A DNA stretch of 64,000 nt from an uncultured Gemmatimonadales bacterium. Its GTDB lineage: Bacteria; Gemmatimonadota; Gemmatimonadetes; Palauibacterales; Palauibacteraceae. The notes beneath the pieces were generated by a model. The model saw only the letters and a list, made by a program, of their open reading frames with translations. It was not told where the DNA came from and ran no database searches. Location of the stretch: positions 320,001 through 384,000 of the forward strand of contig CAWANJ010000002.1 in assembly GCA_963783385.1 (NCBI GenBank), written 5' to 3'. Position numbers and translations under genes: made by a program. Positions 1-11,196 of this stretch are shown here, in pieces (position 1 is the stretch's first letter; every line of letters starts with the position of its first letter).

Positions 1-71
1 CGATCGACTACGAGGTGCTCACGGGGCTGGGCGGACGCCTCTCCCGGATCTACCTGGATCGGCAGCCTTGA
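1..71 (+). CDS. alr: Alanine racemase, C-terminal end (partial)
   Basis: Frame from 3 reads IDYEVLTGLGGRLSRIYLDRQP*, resembling the conserved Alr C-terminal I-x-YE-x-L...R-x-x-R-x-Y. The stop overlaps the cdd start (TTGA). Confidence 0.7.
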   Translation, partial: IDYEVLTGLGGRLSRIYLDRQP

Positions 72-514
72 GCCGGGCGGAGCGTGCCGATCTCCTGGAT
101 CTGGCGCGGGAGGCCATGCGCTCGGCCTACGCTCCCTATTCGGGATTCAGGGTGGGGGCGGTGCTCGAGGCCGAGGACGGACGGCGCTTCTCGGGCTGCA
201 ACGTGGAGAACGCCGCCTCCTCGGTCACGGTGTGCGCGGAGAGGGTGGCGCTCGGGACGGCGGTGCGCGCCGGAGCACGGCGCTTCCGGCGGCTGGCGCT
301 GTGCGCGAGCGGCACGCGCCCGGTGTCGCCCTGCGGCGTGTGCCGACAGGCTCTCTCGGAGTTCGGGGTCGAGACGCGGGTGGTGAGTGTGGCGGACGGG
401 AGCGACGGGAGCGACGTGGCTGAGTGGACGCTGGAGGAGCTCCTGCCGGCCCGCTTCGGCGCCGGAGACCTCGGGCGGCGGTCGGTCGTCCGGGACACCG
501 GGGAGGAGGCGTGA
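68..514 (+). CDS. cdd: Cytidine deaminase
   Basis: AYAPYSGFRVGA, GCNVENA, CAERVA and SPCGVCRQ zinc motifs. Confidence 0.95.
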   Translation: MSRAERADLLDLAREAMRSAYAPYSGFRVGAVLEAEDGRRFSGCNVENAASSVTVCAERVALGTAVRAGARRFRRLALCASGTRPVSPCGVCRQALSEFGVETRVVSVADGSDGSDVAEWTLEELLPARFGAGDLGRRSVVRDTGEEA

Positions 515-1836
515 GCCCGGCGTTCTCGCGCGGCCCCGGGGCGCGCCGCGCACGCCGACGACGCCGGGTTCGCGGGGCCGCGGCCGTCACGCTCCTCCTC
601 CTGGCCGCGGCGTGCACCGAGCGCTCGATCACCTCTCCCAACGAAGGCTCGGCTCCGGGCTCGGGCACGCCGACCGTCGAAATCACGATCCCGGCCGATT
701 CCATGATGGTGTGGCGGGACACGACTTACACGGGCTTCGCCACGCCGGGGAACGTCGCGTTCTGGATCGGGGCGGACACCGACTCGCTCGAATCGCGGCC
801 GTTGCTGCGGATCGCCGCCATCCCGGACACCCTCACCATCGACTCGCTGGCCTTCGTGGTCGACACCTTCCGCGACGCGCAGCTCCGGCTGACGTACGAC
901 ACGACCGACATCGTCATTCCGGCGGGCGGGACGACTTTCAAGGCCTACGTCCTGAACCGGTCCTACGACGCCTCGCAGGCCACCTGGGACCGGGCCGCGG
1001 ATGGCCAGCCATGGGACAGCGCGGGCGGCGATCTCGGGCCCCTCCTGGCCACCCTGACGCTCAAGCCGCTGGGCTCCGACTCGGTGGTCAACGACACGAT
1101 CACGGGCGACAGCGAGCTCCCGCCCGACTCGCTGCTCAAGGCGTGGCGAGCCTCGGGCGGTGGCCATGGGATCGTCGTCGTGCCCCAGGACGCGGGCACC
1201 CGGGTCCGGTTCGTCCGGGCCGTGCTGGCCAGCAACTTCGACGCCGTTCACGGGGACTCGGTCCGGAAGCTCTACCAGTACTTCCCGGCTTCCGGGCAGA
1301 CGTTCATCTACAGCCCGTCGCCCCCCGCCCCGTCCCCGTCGGAGCTGCGCGTGGGAGGCGTTCCGGCCGGCCGGGGCTACTTCGAGTTCCTGCCCCCCGA
1401 CAGCGTGGAGGGTTACCGGCTGCGCGGCGCGCAGATCAGCCGGGCCGAGCTCGTGTTCCAGCCCCTGGGGGCACCGGCCGCGCCCTTCCGGCTGGAGCGG
1501 GCGGTCAGGGCCAGGCTCACGGCGCTGGCGGCCGATTTCTTCCAGCTGGGCCCCAAGACGCCGGTGGCCGGCTGGGCGAGCGCGCCCACCTTCAGCATGG
1601 ACCCGGACTCCCTGGCGACCGGCACGCCGGTGCGACTCGACGTGACCACGCTCCTCCGGAACTGGGCCGGGACGCCCGCCGACTCCACGCCGGAGACGAT
1701 CCGGCTCGGACTCGAGCTACTGCCCGATGGCCAGACGCTGGGCTACTGGTCGTTCGGCGGGGTGGCCGCGTCCGCCGGGGCCCGGCCGCGGCTCCGGCTG
1801 CTCGTCACCCCACCCGTGCCGTTCACCGTGCCATGA
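511..1836 (+). CDS. Putative lipoprotein with DNRLRE-like beta domain
   Basis: GTG overlaps the cdd stop. Arg-rich N-region plus LLLLAAAC lipobox, and a QATWDRAADGQPWDSAGGD segment resembling DNRLRE-type domains. Confidence 0.65.
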   Translation: MSPAFSRGPGARRARRRRRVRGAAAVTLLLLAAACTERSITSPNEGSAPGSGTPTVEITIPADSMMVWRDTTYTGFATPGNVAFWIGADTDSLESRPLLRIAAIPDTLTIDSLAFVVDTFRDAQLRLTYDTTDIVIPAGGTTFKAYVLNRSYDASQATWDRAADGQPWDSAGGDLGPLLATLTLKPLGSDSVVNDTITGDSELPPDSLLKAWRASGGGHGIVVVPQDAGTRVRFVRAVLASNFDAVHGDSVRKLYQYFPASGQTFIYSPSPPAPSPSELRVGGVPAGRGYFEFLPPDSVEGYRLRGAQISRAELVFQPLGAPAAPFRLERAVRARLTALAADFFQLGPKTPVAGWASAPTFSMDPDSLATGTPVRLDVTTLLRNWAGTPADSTPETIRLGLELLPDGQTLGYWSFGGVAASAGARPRLRLLVTPPVPFTVP

Positions 1837-3101
1837 GCCGGACAGGAATCCGAATGCTTCGCGCCGCAAACGCCCGGACCGGAGGTCCATCGCGCACGGG
1901 GCGGCGGGCGTCCCGCCTGGCGGTCCTCGCCCTGGCGCTGGTAGCGGGGGCGGGTGGCGTCCGCTCGGCGTCCGCGCAGGCCGTGCCGACCACGGCGCTG
2001 GGCCTGGGCTACCCGACCCCGCCGCTGGATGCGCGCGCGGCGGCGCTCGGGGGCATCGGCGTCGGCCTGCTGGGGGGGACGCTGTCGGTGCGCAACCCGG
2101 CCGACCTCATCGACTTCAAGGTGCCCGTCCTCAGCGCCACGACCTCCCCCCAGAGCGTGACGCTCAGGGGAAACGGGCTGAGCCCGACTCACGATGGCCG
2201 CAGCAACTTCCCCGTGCTCGGGATCGCGGTTCCGATCAGCGGGTTCGCCTTCGGGATCGGCGTGGGATCGGAGCTGGACCAGGACTGGTCCCTGAGCTTC
2301 GCCGACACCCTCCACGCGGCGAGCGGCGACTTTCCGTACGTCGACCGTCGGGAGCACAACGGCGGCATCAGCTCCATCGACATCGCCGCGGCGCGCCAGT
2401 TCGGGCCGCTGTCCGTCGGGTTCGCGTACGATCGCCTGGTCGGCAGCCTCCGTCAGACGTTCACGCGCCAGTTCCAGGCCAGCACTGACAGCACGGTGAG
2501 CCCCCCGGGCACCGTCAGGGACCGGGCCCAGTGGAACTACCACGGCTCGCGCTTCCGCGCCGGCGCGGGCGTCCAACTCGGCGCCCGGGTGCGGGTGAGC
2601 GGCGTGTACTCGTGGACTCCGTCGCTGACCGCCGAGCGGGACAGCGTGGGCACCACGCGCACTTTCGACATGCCCCGCTGGTTCGCGGTCGGGGCGAGCG
2701 CCCGTCCATTCACGAACCTCCTGCTGACGGCGGGAGGGGGCTGGTCGGGATGGTCCGCCGCCGATCGGGAGGTGAGCGGGACGCGGGCGCGCGACATCCA
2801 CTGGGGCGGGGCGGGGCTGGAATTCACCGGTTGGAAGATCGGCGTCTTCCCGCTCGCCCTGCGGGCGGGCGCGCACTTCACGCAGCTACCCTTCTGGCAG
2901 ATCGGTCACCAGCCCCTGGACGAGAAGGCGGTGTCGGCCGGCATCGGGACGCAGTTCGCCGGGGACCGCGGGCGGCTGGACTTCAGCCTCGAGGTCGGCA
3001 AGCGGGGGAACGCGCCCGCCACGGGGACCGCGGAGACCTTCCGGCGCTTCACGCTCACCTTCATGCTGCGCCAGATCCCCACGCCGGGCTTCCTGCCTTG
3101 A
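1833..3101 (+). CDS. Putative outer-membrane beta-barrel protein (FadL/OmpP1/PorV-like)
   Basis: ATGA-coupled start, signal peptide ending ASAQA, ARAAALGGIG...NPA motif, amphipathic strands. Confidence 0.65.
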   Translation: MSRTGIRMLRAANARTGGPSRTGRRASRLAVLALALVAGAGGVRSASAQAVPTTALGLGYPTPPLDARAAALGGIGVGLLGGTLSVRNPADLIDFKVPVLSATTSPQSVTLRGNGLSPTHDGRSNFPVLGIAVPISGFAFGIGVGSELDQDWSLSFADTLHAASGDFPYVDRREHNGGISSIDIAAARQFGPLSVGFAYDRLVGSLRQTFTRQFQASTDSTVSPPGTVRDRAQWNYHGSRFRAGAGVQLGARVRVSGVYSWTPSLTAERDSVGTTRTFDMPRWFAVGASARPFTNLLLTAGGGWSGWSAADREVSGTRARDIHWGGAGLEFTGWKIGVFPLALRAGAHFTQLPFWQIGHQPLDEKAVSAGIGTQFAGDRGRLDFSLEVGKRGNAPATGTAETFRRFTLTFMLRQIPTPGFLP

Positions 3102-3141
3102 TTGAGGGCCCGTTGATCTCCCCCGGGCTACGTATGCGGGC

Positions 3142-4536
3142 GTGGGAAGCATGACACGGCTACTCCCGCTTCGACGTCCGCGTCGTTCCCCCGAACCCGG
3201 CGCGGGTGCCCCGCGCCCGGCGGGGCCGCGCGTGTACATCGAGACGTACGGCTGCCAGATGAACATCAACGACACGGAGCTCATGGCCGGAGGGCTCGCC
3301 GAGCGAGGATACGTGCGGGTGGAGGATCCGGAGCGGGCCGACGTGATCCTGGTGAACACCTGCGCGATCCGGGAGCACGCCGAGCGGCGGGTGCGAGGTC
3401 GGATCGGACAGCTGCAGCGCTATCGGCGCGCGCGTCCCGATCTGGTGCTGGGGGTGACGGGCTGCATGGCCCAGCGCATCGGCCACCGGCTCCTGGAAGA
3501 GGTCGACGGAGTCGACCTCGTGGCCGGACCCGACGGCTACCGCGACCTGGGCCGACGCCTGGATGGGATCCTCGACGGCGCGCTGGAGCGCGGACAGGCG
3601 CTCCTCGACCTCGATCCCACGGAACACTACGAGGGAAGCCGGATCGCCCGGGGGAAGGGCGTGACCGCGTGGATCACGGTGCAGCGGGGCTGCGACCACC
3701 GGTGCACTTTCTGCATCGTGCCCTACGTCCGGGGCGACGAGAAGAACCGCGAGCCGGCCCGGATCCTCGAGGAGGCGCGGCAGGCCGTGCGGGAGGGCTA
3801 CACGGAGGTGACCCTCCTGGGCCAGACGGTGAACTCGTATCGGCACGGGTCGTGGGACTTCCCGCGGCTCCTTCGCGCCGTGGCCCGGGTGCCGGGCCTG
3901 AGGCGGGTGCGGTTCACCTCACCCCACCCCAACGACGTGACCAAGGAGCTGCTCGAGGTGATCGACCGGGAGCCGACCGTGTGCCGGCAGCTGCACCTGC
4001 CCGTGCAGTCCGGCTCCGACCGGGTCCTCAAGCGGATGGTGCGTCGCTACACGTCCGCCGAGTTCCTGGCGAAGGCCGAGCTCTCCCGGAGGATGGTGCC
4101 GGGGATCGCCCTGAGCACGGACGTGATCGTGGGCTTCCCGGGCGAGGGGGAGGAGGACTTCGAGGCTACCCTGGCGCTGATGCGGCAGGTCCGCTTCGAG
4201 GATGCGTTCCTGTACCGCTACTCGCCGCGCGAGGGGACGCCGGCGACGCGCTTCCCGGAGGAGGACTTCGTCCCGGGCGACGTGGCGCAGGATCGGCTGG
4301 AGCGGCTCATCGACCTGCACCGCGGTCTCCAGCGCGAGGTCAGCGAGCGCGAGCTGGGACGCACGGTCCAGGTGCTGGTCGAGGGCGCGGCGCGCTCCGA
4401 GGGCGACGTGCTGGGCCGCACCGAGTGCAACAGGGTCGTGGCGTTCCCGGGCTCGACGGATGAGATCGGATCGTACCTGGAGGTACGGCTCGTCGGAACC
4501 TCGGGGGCCACGTTCACCGGAGAGCGCGTCGCGTGA
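3142..4536 (+). CDS. miaB: tRNA-2-methylthio-N6-dimethylallyladenosine synthase
   Basis: ETYGCQMN, NTCAIRE, radical-SAM CDHRCTFC, C-terminal TRAM domain. Confidence 0.95.
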   Translation: MGSMTRLLPLRRPRRSPEPGAGAPRPAGPRVYIETYGCQMNINDTELMAGGLAERGYVRVEDPERADVILVNTCAIREHAERRVRGRIGQLQRYRRARPDLVLGVTGCMAQRIGHRLLEEVDGVDLVAGPDGYRDLGRRLDGILDGALERGQALLDLDPTEHYEGSRIARGKGVTAWITVQRGCDHRCTFCIVPYVRGDEKNREPARILEEARQAVREGYTEVTLLGQTVNSYRHGSWDFPRLLRAVARVPGLRRVRFTSPHPNDVTKELLEVIDREPTVCRQLHLPVQSGSDRVLKRMVRRYTSAEFLAKAELSRRMVPGIALSTDVIVGFPGEGEEDFEATLALMRQVRFEDAFLYRYSPREGTPATRFPEEDFVPGDVAQDRLERLIDLHRGLQREVSERELGRTVQVLVEGAARSEGDVLGRTECNRVVAFPGSTDEIGSYLEVRLVGTSGATFTGERVA

Positions 4537-4549
4537 GGGGAGGGTCGCG

Positions 4550-4804
4550 GTGAAGAACTGGGTGCGCATCCTGAACCTGATCGTGGCGGCGGCGCTGGCC
4601 ACCGCCTTCGCCATCGCCAACGGCGCGCAGCGCGTCACCGTGGAGCTGGGGCTGTTCACGCTGCGGTCCGTGTCGCTGCCACTGGTGGTATTCGGGGCGG
4701 TGCTGTTCGGAATGGTGGCCGTCCTCCTGGCGGGCCTCCGCGGCGACATGCGGAACCGGCGCCAGATGGAGAAGGCCCGCCGCCTGTTCGAGCGAGAGGA
4801 CTAG
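4550..4804 (+). CDS. LapA-like small membrane protein
   Basis: 85 codons, two TM segments, FAIAN...V-x-L-x-LF pattern, basic C-tail. Confidence 0.6.
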   Translation: MKNWVRILNLIVAAALATAFAIANGAQRVTVELGLFTLRSVSLPLVVFGAVLFGMVAVLLAGLRGDMRNRRQMEKARRLFERED

Positions 4805-4865
4805 CCGGGCCCGCCCGCTGCTCGCGGCGGCCTCCTAGACCGGCGCGCCCGGGCTCGCGGCCGCC

Positions 4866-7422
4866 GTGAAATCTCCGCGCCGGCGGGACGGGCGTCCTAT
4901 CCGCCGGGCGCGGCCCGGGCCCCTCCTCCTGGGCGCCCTGGCGCTGCTGGCCGGCGACCTGTGCGGCCTGGCACCCGGCGCCCCATCCCCTCCCGGCCAT
5001 CCCCCTGCTCGCGGGGGCGGCGTTCCTGACGCTGGCCCTCGTTCCCGGCTGGACGGCCCGGGGATCCGGCGCGGCCCGGGAGACCCTCGGGCTCCTCGGG
5101 GCGTGCTTCCTGGTCGGCCTGGCTCTCGGCGGCCGAGGCGCCGCCGCGGCTCGGAAGGGGTGTGCGGCGGGCCTCGCGTCGGGCGACACGGTGGAAGCCC
5201 GGGGCCGGCTGGCCGGGCGCCCGAGCCCGACCGCCGGCGCCGGCGCACCGGGCCGGCGCGGGCCTCCCGTCGTGCGCGCCGAGCTCACGGAGGCGCGGAT
5301 CTCGTTCCGTGGCGGTGGCTGCCGGCTCGGGCACCTCCGGGTGAGCCTGCCGGCGAAGGCCGTCGGGGCGTCGAGCGGGAGCTCCGGGCTCTCGGCCGGC
5401 ACGATCCTCGACGTGCGCGGCCGCTGGTGGAGCGCGGGACGCGGCGACCGGTGGCCCCGGCCTCCCGGCCGGGCCGGGGTGCTGCTGGCCCGCTCGGCGC
5501 GCGCCGGACCGCGCACCGTTCCGGCCTGGCGCGTTCGGCTTCGGGCCGCGGCGGCGCGGCGCCTGCGCCGCAGGCTCCCGGCCGATGTGGCTCCGCTCGG
5601 CCTCGCGCTGGTGCTGGCCGACCGGAGCGGCCTGGACCCGCGGCTGGCCCGCCGCTTCGCCGAGGCGGGCCTCGCGCACCTCCTGGCCATTTCGGGCCTG
5701 CACGTCGGTATCCTGGCCGCCGGGGCGGCCGGACTCCTGGGGCTCGCGGGGCTTCGCCGCAGGCGGCACGCCCTCGCGGCCGTGCTCGCCCTGGGGTACG
5801 TGGCTCTCCTGGGGTTCCCTCCGGCGGCGCTCCGGGCGGCGATCCTGGTCGGGGGCTGGGCCCTGGCCCGGACGCGCGGGAGCCCGGTACGGCTGGGAGA
5901 GCTGCTGGGACTGGCGGCGGCGGTCACCATCGTTCTCGCTCCGCTCGCCCCGCTCGACGTGGGTTTCCAGCTCTCCTTCGCCGGTTTCGTGGGGCTGGGG
6001 CTCGGGGCGGCTCTGGCGCGACGGGCCCTGGAGGCGGGGCTGGCGGCGGGCGGGCGGGCGGCGACGGCGGCGCGCCGGGGCCGGCGGCTGGCGCTGCCGC
6101 TGGCGGCCGGAGCGGGTGCCTTCGGCCTCACCGCGCCCCTGGCGGCGGTCCACTTCGGACGGGCGGCGCCGATCGCCGTCGTCACGAACCTGGTGGGCGT
6201 CCCCCTGGTGACGCTGGCGCTGGCCGGGCTGGCGGGAGCCCTGGTCCTGCCCGTCTTCCTGGGCGGGGGCCTGGCGGCGGCCGCGGCGGGAGGGGCGCTC
6301 CGGCTCCTGGAGGGCGTGGTGGACCGCTTCGCTGCGCTCCCCTTCGGCCACGCCGAAGTGGCGCCGCCCGGGCCGCTTGCCTGGGTGGCGGCCGTCCTCC
6401 TCGTCGCGGCGGCCGTCCAGGCGGCCCGGGGGCTCCCCCGGCGTGCCTGGATCCCGGTCCTGTGCGGAGGCCTGGCCGTGCTGGTGGCCGGCCCGGGCCT
6501 GTATGCCCTGAGGGCCGGTCCCGATGCTCTCCTGTGCTCGCTGGACGTGGGTCAGGGAGACGCGGCGGTGCTGAGGACGCGCCGCGGACACTGGCTCGTG
6601 TTCGACGCCGGGCCGCGCTCGGGCTCCTTCGACGCCGGACGTCGGGTGATCACGCCGTTCCTGCGCCGGCGCGGGGCGAGGTCCATCGCGCTGTTCGTGC
6701 TCTCGCACCCTCACCTGGACCACCTGGGCGGCGCTCCGGCCCTCCTGGACGGATTCCAGGTGGCGGGCGTGCTGGATGCCGGGAACCCACTGCCCACGCC
6801 CGCGTACGCCGACTTTCTGGAGGAGGTGTCGGAGGAGGGAGCTCGCTGGCTGCCGGCCAGGCCGGGCGAGCGGCTCCGGATCGACGAGGTCGAGCTCCTG
6901 GTCCTGGGTCCCGACCTCGAGGCCGAGCGGACCCGAGAGGAGACCGTCTCACCCGACGCCGCGGTGGAGGCCAACGAGGGGAGCGTGGCGGTCCGCGTGC
7001 GGATCGGGGGCTTCACCTACGTGAACCCGGGGGACGCCTCCGCCGTGGAGGAGCGCTGGCTGCTGGATCGCTGGCCGCCGGACTCGCTGCGGGCTATCCT
7101 CCTCAAGGTGGGACACCACGGGAGCCGGGGCTCCTCGAGCGCGCCGTGGCTGGCGGCCGTGGCGCCCCGCATCGCGTTCATCTCCAGCGGGGCCGGCAAC
7201 CGGTATGGCCATCCCCACGCCGAGGCCCTCGAGCGGCTCGGGCAGGCTGGAATCTCGCGCGTGTGGCGGTCGGACCGACAGGGGACGCTGTGCCTCGAGG
7301 TCCGGGCGGACGGGGCGTGGCGGATGCCGGGCGGGAGCTGGAATCCGCCGACGCCCGGGCGACCGGTCGCCGACCCCGACATCGACACCGTCATCGTGAC
7401 ACACACGCAGGAGCGTCGCTGA
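4866..7422 (+). CDS. comEC: ComEC/Rec2 DNA uptake protein (apparent frameshift near 4980)
   Basis: HLLAISGLHVG, GFQLSF, LDVGQGDA, SHPHLDHLGG, LKVGHHGS, NRYGHPH. The hydrophobic N-terminus begins at 4866 in a different frame. Confidence 0.9.
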
Positions 7423-8442
7423 TGGAGAGGTCCGTCATCACCCTCAACCGCTTCATCCTCGAGGAGGAGAGGCGGCATCCGGAGGCCACCGGAGCGTTCT
7501 CGAACGTGCTCCAGGACCTGACGCTGGCCGCCAAGCTCATCAACCGGGCCGTGAACCAGGCCGGGCTGGTCGACATCCTGGGGGAGACCGACCGGGAGAA
7601 CGTGCACGGCGAGCAGGTGCAGAAGCTGGACGAGTATGCCCACGAGGTCATCGTGGCCGCCATGGACCACGGCGGTCACCTGTGCGTCATGGGCTCCGAG
7701 GAGGCCGAGGAGATCGTCCCGATCCCGGATCGCTTCCCGGTGGGCGAGTACGTGCTCCTGTTCGATCCGCTCGACGGCAGCTCGAACATTGAGGCGAACA
7801 TCTCGATCGGGACGATCTTCTCGGTGTACCGGCGGGTCACCGATCCGGCCGTGACGAGGAACGGTACGCTGGAGGACTGCCTCCAGCCGGGGACCGACCT
7901 GGTGGCCTCGGGCTACTTCCTGTACGGCTCCTCGACCATCCTGGTGTACACAACCGGGCGGGGCGTGCACGGCTTCACCCTGGATCCCTCGATCGGGGAG
8001 TTCCTCCTCTCCCACCCGAACATCCACTTCCCCGACCCGCCGCAGAAGGTGTACGCCATCAACGAGGGTTACTTCGGACGCTGGAGCGAGGCGCAGAGGA
8101 GCCTGGTTCGGCGGCTGCGCGGCGATGCGGGCGGGGACGACGGGGACGGCTTCAAGCTCCGCTACGTCGGCTCGCTGGTGGCCGACTTCCACCGCACCCT
8201 GCTGTACGGCGGCCTGTTCATGTATCCGGCCGACAACCGCCATCCCTCCGGAAAGCTGAGGCTCCTGTACGAGGCGGGTCCGCTGGCGTTCGTGTGCGAG
8301 CAGGCGGGAGGGAAGGCCACGAACGGCGAGAAGCGCATCCTGGAGATCCGGCCCGAGGAGCTCCACCAGCGCACGCCCCTGTTCATCGGGACGGCGGAAT
8401 GGGTGGAGATGGCCGGCGAGCACCTGGCCCGCGAGGGCCTAG
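7422..8442 (+). CDS. fbp: Fructose-1,6-bisphosphatase class I (probable indel just before the natural stop)
   Basis: FDPLDGSSNI, RYVGSLVADFHRTLLYGG, GKLRLLYE. As given the frame runs to 8723 into add. A TAG at 8440-8442 is one base out of frame. Confidence 0.9.
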
Positions 8443-8464
8443 CGGCCCGCGGCGCGTCGCCCCG

Positions 8465-9571
8465 TCAGGGCAGCCAGGGACGGAGGGCGCCCTCGTCCAC
8501 CCCGACCCGCTCGGCCACCCGGGGGCCCACCTCCTCCAGGAGCCGCATCTTGTCGGCCCGGTGCAGGAAGGCGCTGCGGAAGCCGTCCAGCACCATCACG
8601 CCGATCTCGGGCAGGGTGAAGCCCAGGTGCTCGTGGGCCCGCACGTACTCCCCGGTCACCGTCGTGCCGCTCATGAGCCGGTTGTCGGTGTTCAGGCTCA
8701 CCACGACCCCCGCGTCGAAGTAGCGCCGCAGGGGGTGGGCGGCGAAGCTCTCGACCGCGCGGGTCTGGACGTTGCTGGTCAGGCAGATCTCGAGCGGCAC
8801 CCGGTGGTCGGCCACGTACTGCATGAGGTCGGGGTCCTCGTGGAGCCGCGTGCCGTGCCCGATGCGGTGCGCGCCGCAGTAGTGCAGGGCCTGGTGGATG
8901 GACTCGGGGCCGTACGCCTCCCCGGCGTGGATGGTGGCGTTGCAGTTGGCGTTGAGCACCGTGTAGAAGGCGTCCCGGTGCTTCTTGGCCGGGTAGTTGT
9001 ATTCGGCGCCGGCCAGGTCGAAGCCCACCACGCCCCGCTCCTTGTAGGCCACGGTGAGGTCGGCCAGGTCGCGCGACACGTCCGGGTCCATGTTGCGGAT
9101 CCCGCACACGATGAGCCGCGACTCGATGCCGAGCGCCTCGCGGGCCCGCTCCATGCCCCGGAGCGGCGCCTCCACGGTCTCGGGCAGCGGCAGCCCCTCG
9201 CGCGTCATGAGGATGGGGGAGTAGCGGATCTCCATGTAGCGGACGTTCTCGGCGGCCGCGTCCTCGCACAGCTCGAAGGCGATGCGCTCCAGGGCGTCGG
9301 AGTGCTGCATCACCGCCAGGGTGAGCTCGAAGCGCGCCAGGTAATCCTCCAGGCTGCGCGCGTCCCGCACGTGCAGGTAGTCCACGAGCGCGCCCGGGTC
9401 GTCCGAGGGGAGCTCGACGCCCTGCTCCCGGGCCAGCTCCATGAGCGTGGCGGGGCGGAGCGAGCCGTCCAGGTGCACGTGGAGATCGGTCTTCGGGAGG
9501 GCGCGGACCACCTCTCGCACTTCCCGCACGGATTCCTCGTTCGGGTCGGGGGTCCCGCGCTCCCGGCTCAT
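8465..9571 (-). CDS. add: Adenosine deaminase
   Basis: PKTDLHVHLDGS, HAGEA, RIGHG, LNTDN motifs. Confidence 0.93.
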   Translation of the reverse strand: MSRERGTPDPNEESVREVREVVRALPKTDLHVHLDGSLRPATLMELAREQGVELPSDDPGALVDYLHVRDARSLEDYLARFELTLAVMQHSDALERIAFELCEDAAAENVRYMEIRYSPILMTREGLPLPETVEAPLRGMERAREALGIESRLIVCGIRNMDPDVSRDLADLTVAYKERGVVGFDLAGAEYNYPAKKHRDAFYTVLNANCNATIHAGEAYGPESIHQALHYCGAHRIGHGTRLHEDPDLMQYVADHRVPLEICLTSNVQTRAVESFAAHPLRRYFDAGVVVSLNTDNRLMSGTTVTGEYVRAHEHLGFTLPEIGVMVLDGFRSAFLHRADKMRLLEEVGPRVAERVGVDEGALRPWLP

Positions 9572-11196
9572 CGAGCGCTCGCCGGCGCGGTCGGGCAGGC
9601 GGCGGAAGCGGAGGTGCGGGCCGGCACGGCTCGCCACCGGTCCGGAGTCGGCGCCCGCACGGGCTGGGGCCGGTGCGCGAGGTAGCCGACGAGCGCGTCC
9701 AGGTCGGCGATTTCGGTCGGCGAGGCGGACCGCGCCTCCCGGAGCATCGCGAAGCCCGAGCCGCCGGCGGCCATGAAGTCGTTGACGGTCACCGTGTACA
9801 GCGAGTCGGGCCGCACGGGCCCGCGCCCGTCCACGCGGATGGACTGGATCCGGCGCCCGGCCGGGGCGGAGGGCTCGTAGCAGACCGTGAGCCCGCTGAC
9901 GTGGGCGTGGGGGCCGTCCTCCTCGAGCGCGTGCTCGAGCGCGCGGCGGAGCACCCGGCCGCTCAGCCGCAGGCGCACGAGCGCGTTGCCGAAGGGCTGG
10001 AGCTCGAACAGGTCGCCGTAGGTGACCGGACCGGCCGGGAGGCTCCTGCGGATCCCCCCGTCGTTCATGATCGCGGCCGCCGCGCCCGTGGCGCTGCGCT
10101 GGGCGTCGGCGATGAGATCGCCCAGCGCGTATTCGGCGCCGCGCGCCCCCCGGGCGAGCGGCTCGGCCAGGACCGCGACCCGCCGGTCCACGCGCCCGGC
10201 CACCCGGGATCGGAAGCGGTCGACCAGGCGGGCCACGGCCGCATCCGGACGCACCGCGCCGGGCCAGGCCGTGGTGACGACCGGAAGGCCGGCCTCGACC
10301 GTGTCCGAGCCGCGACGGGACAGACGCTCCCGCGCGAAGGCGACCCCGTTGGCGTAGGACTGGACCACGGGCCGTGCGCGGACCCGGGTCCGGATGAGGG
10401 TGTGGGTGTGCCCCGCGATCGCGTAGTCCCACCGGGAGCGAGTGGCCCGCAGCGCGTCGAGGGCCTCCCCGTGGCAGGAGCGGCCGTGGTCCCCGCAGAA
10501 GCCCCCGGCGTGCAGCAGCACGACCACGAAGTCGACGCCCCGCGACCGCAGCACGGGGACGTAGCGATCGATGGCGGCGGACAGGCTTCGGAACTCGAGG
10601 CCGGCCACGTTGGAGGGCCTGGTCGTCACCGGCGTGGAGCGGGTGGTGACGCCCACGACCCCGACCCGGACGCCGCCGCGCCGCACGACCGTCCAGGGAC
10701 GATCCCACGCCGGGTGCCGGTCCGTCCCCTTCACGTAGATGTTAGCGCCCAGGAACGGAAACGCGGCCTGGTGGACTCGCGCGACCAGGGTGTCGATCCC
10801 CCAGTCGAACTCGTGGTTGCCGAAGGCCGCCGCGTCGTAGCCCATGCTGTCGAAGGCGGCGATCGTGGACCGCCCGCCGAGGAAATTGGAGATCGGCGTC
10901 CCCTGCATGAGGTCGCCCGCGCTGAACCGGAAGGCCGCGCACGGGGAGCCGGCCTCTTCCCGGCGAAAGTACGCCTCCAGCAGGGCCGCCCCTCCCAGGG
11001 CGCGACCGTGCGCCCACGCGGGCGTCGAGGGGAGGAGATGTCCGTGCGTGTCGCTGGTGGAGAGGATCAGCGCACAGGGAGAGGGGGGAGCGGCGCCGGG
11101 CGAGGGGATGGGGACGCCGACGGGCGCCAGGAGGGGCCACGCCAGCAGGAGAGCCCCGAGGAGCATCCCGGGGCGCGGGCCGCCTTCAGCACGCAC
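9568..11196 (-). CDS. Secreted 5'-nucleotidase (UshA/CpdB-like metallophosphoesterase)
   Basis: Signal peptide, DTHG, AGD, GNHEFD, GHTH, GGIR, QPFGN, GGSGF. Confidence 0.9.
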   Translation of the reverse strand: MRAEGGPRPGMLLGALLLAWPLLAPVGVPIPSPGAAPPSPCALILSTSDTHGHLLPSTPAWAHGRALGGAALLEAYFRREEAGSPCAAFRFSAGDLMQGTPISNFLGGRSTIAAFDSMGYDAAAFGNHEFDWGIDTLVARVHQAAFPFLGANIYVKGTDRHPAWDRPWTVVRRGGVRVGVVGVTTRSTPVTTRPSNVAGLEFRSLSAAIDRYVPVLRSRGVDFVVVLLHAGGFCGDHGRSCHGEALDALRATRSRWDYAIAGHTHTLIRTRVRARPVVQSYANGVAFARERLSRRGSDTVEAGLPVVTTAWPGAVRPDAAVARLVDRFRSRVAGRVDRRVAVLAEPLARGARGAEYALGDLIADAQRSATGAAAAIMNDGGIRRSLPAGPVTYGDLFELQPFGNALVRLRLSGRVLRRALEHALEEDGPHAHVSGLTVCYEPSAPAGRRIQSIRVDGRGPVRPDSLYTVTVNDFMAAGGSGFAMLREARSASPTEIADLDALVGYLAHRPQPVRAPTPDRWRAVPARTSASAACPTAPASAR

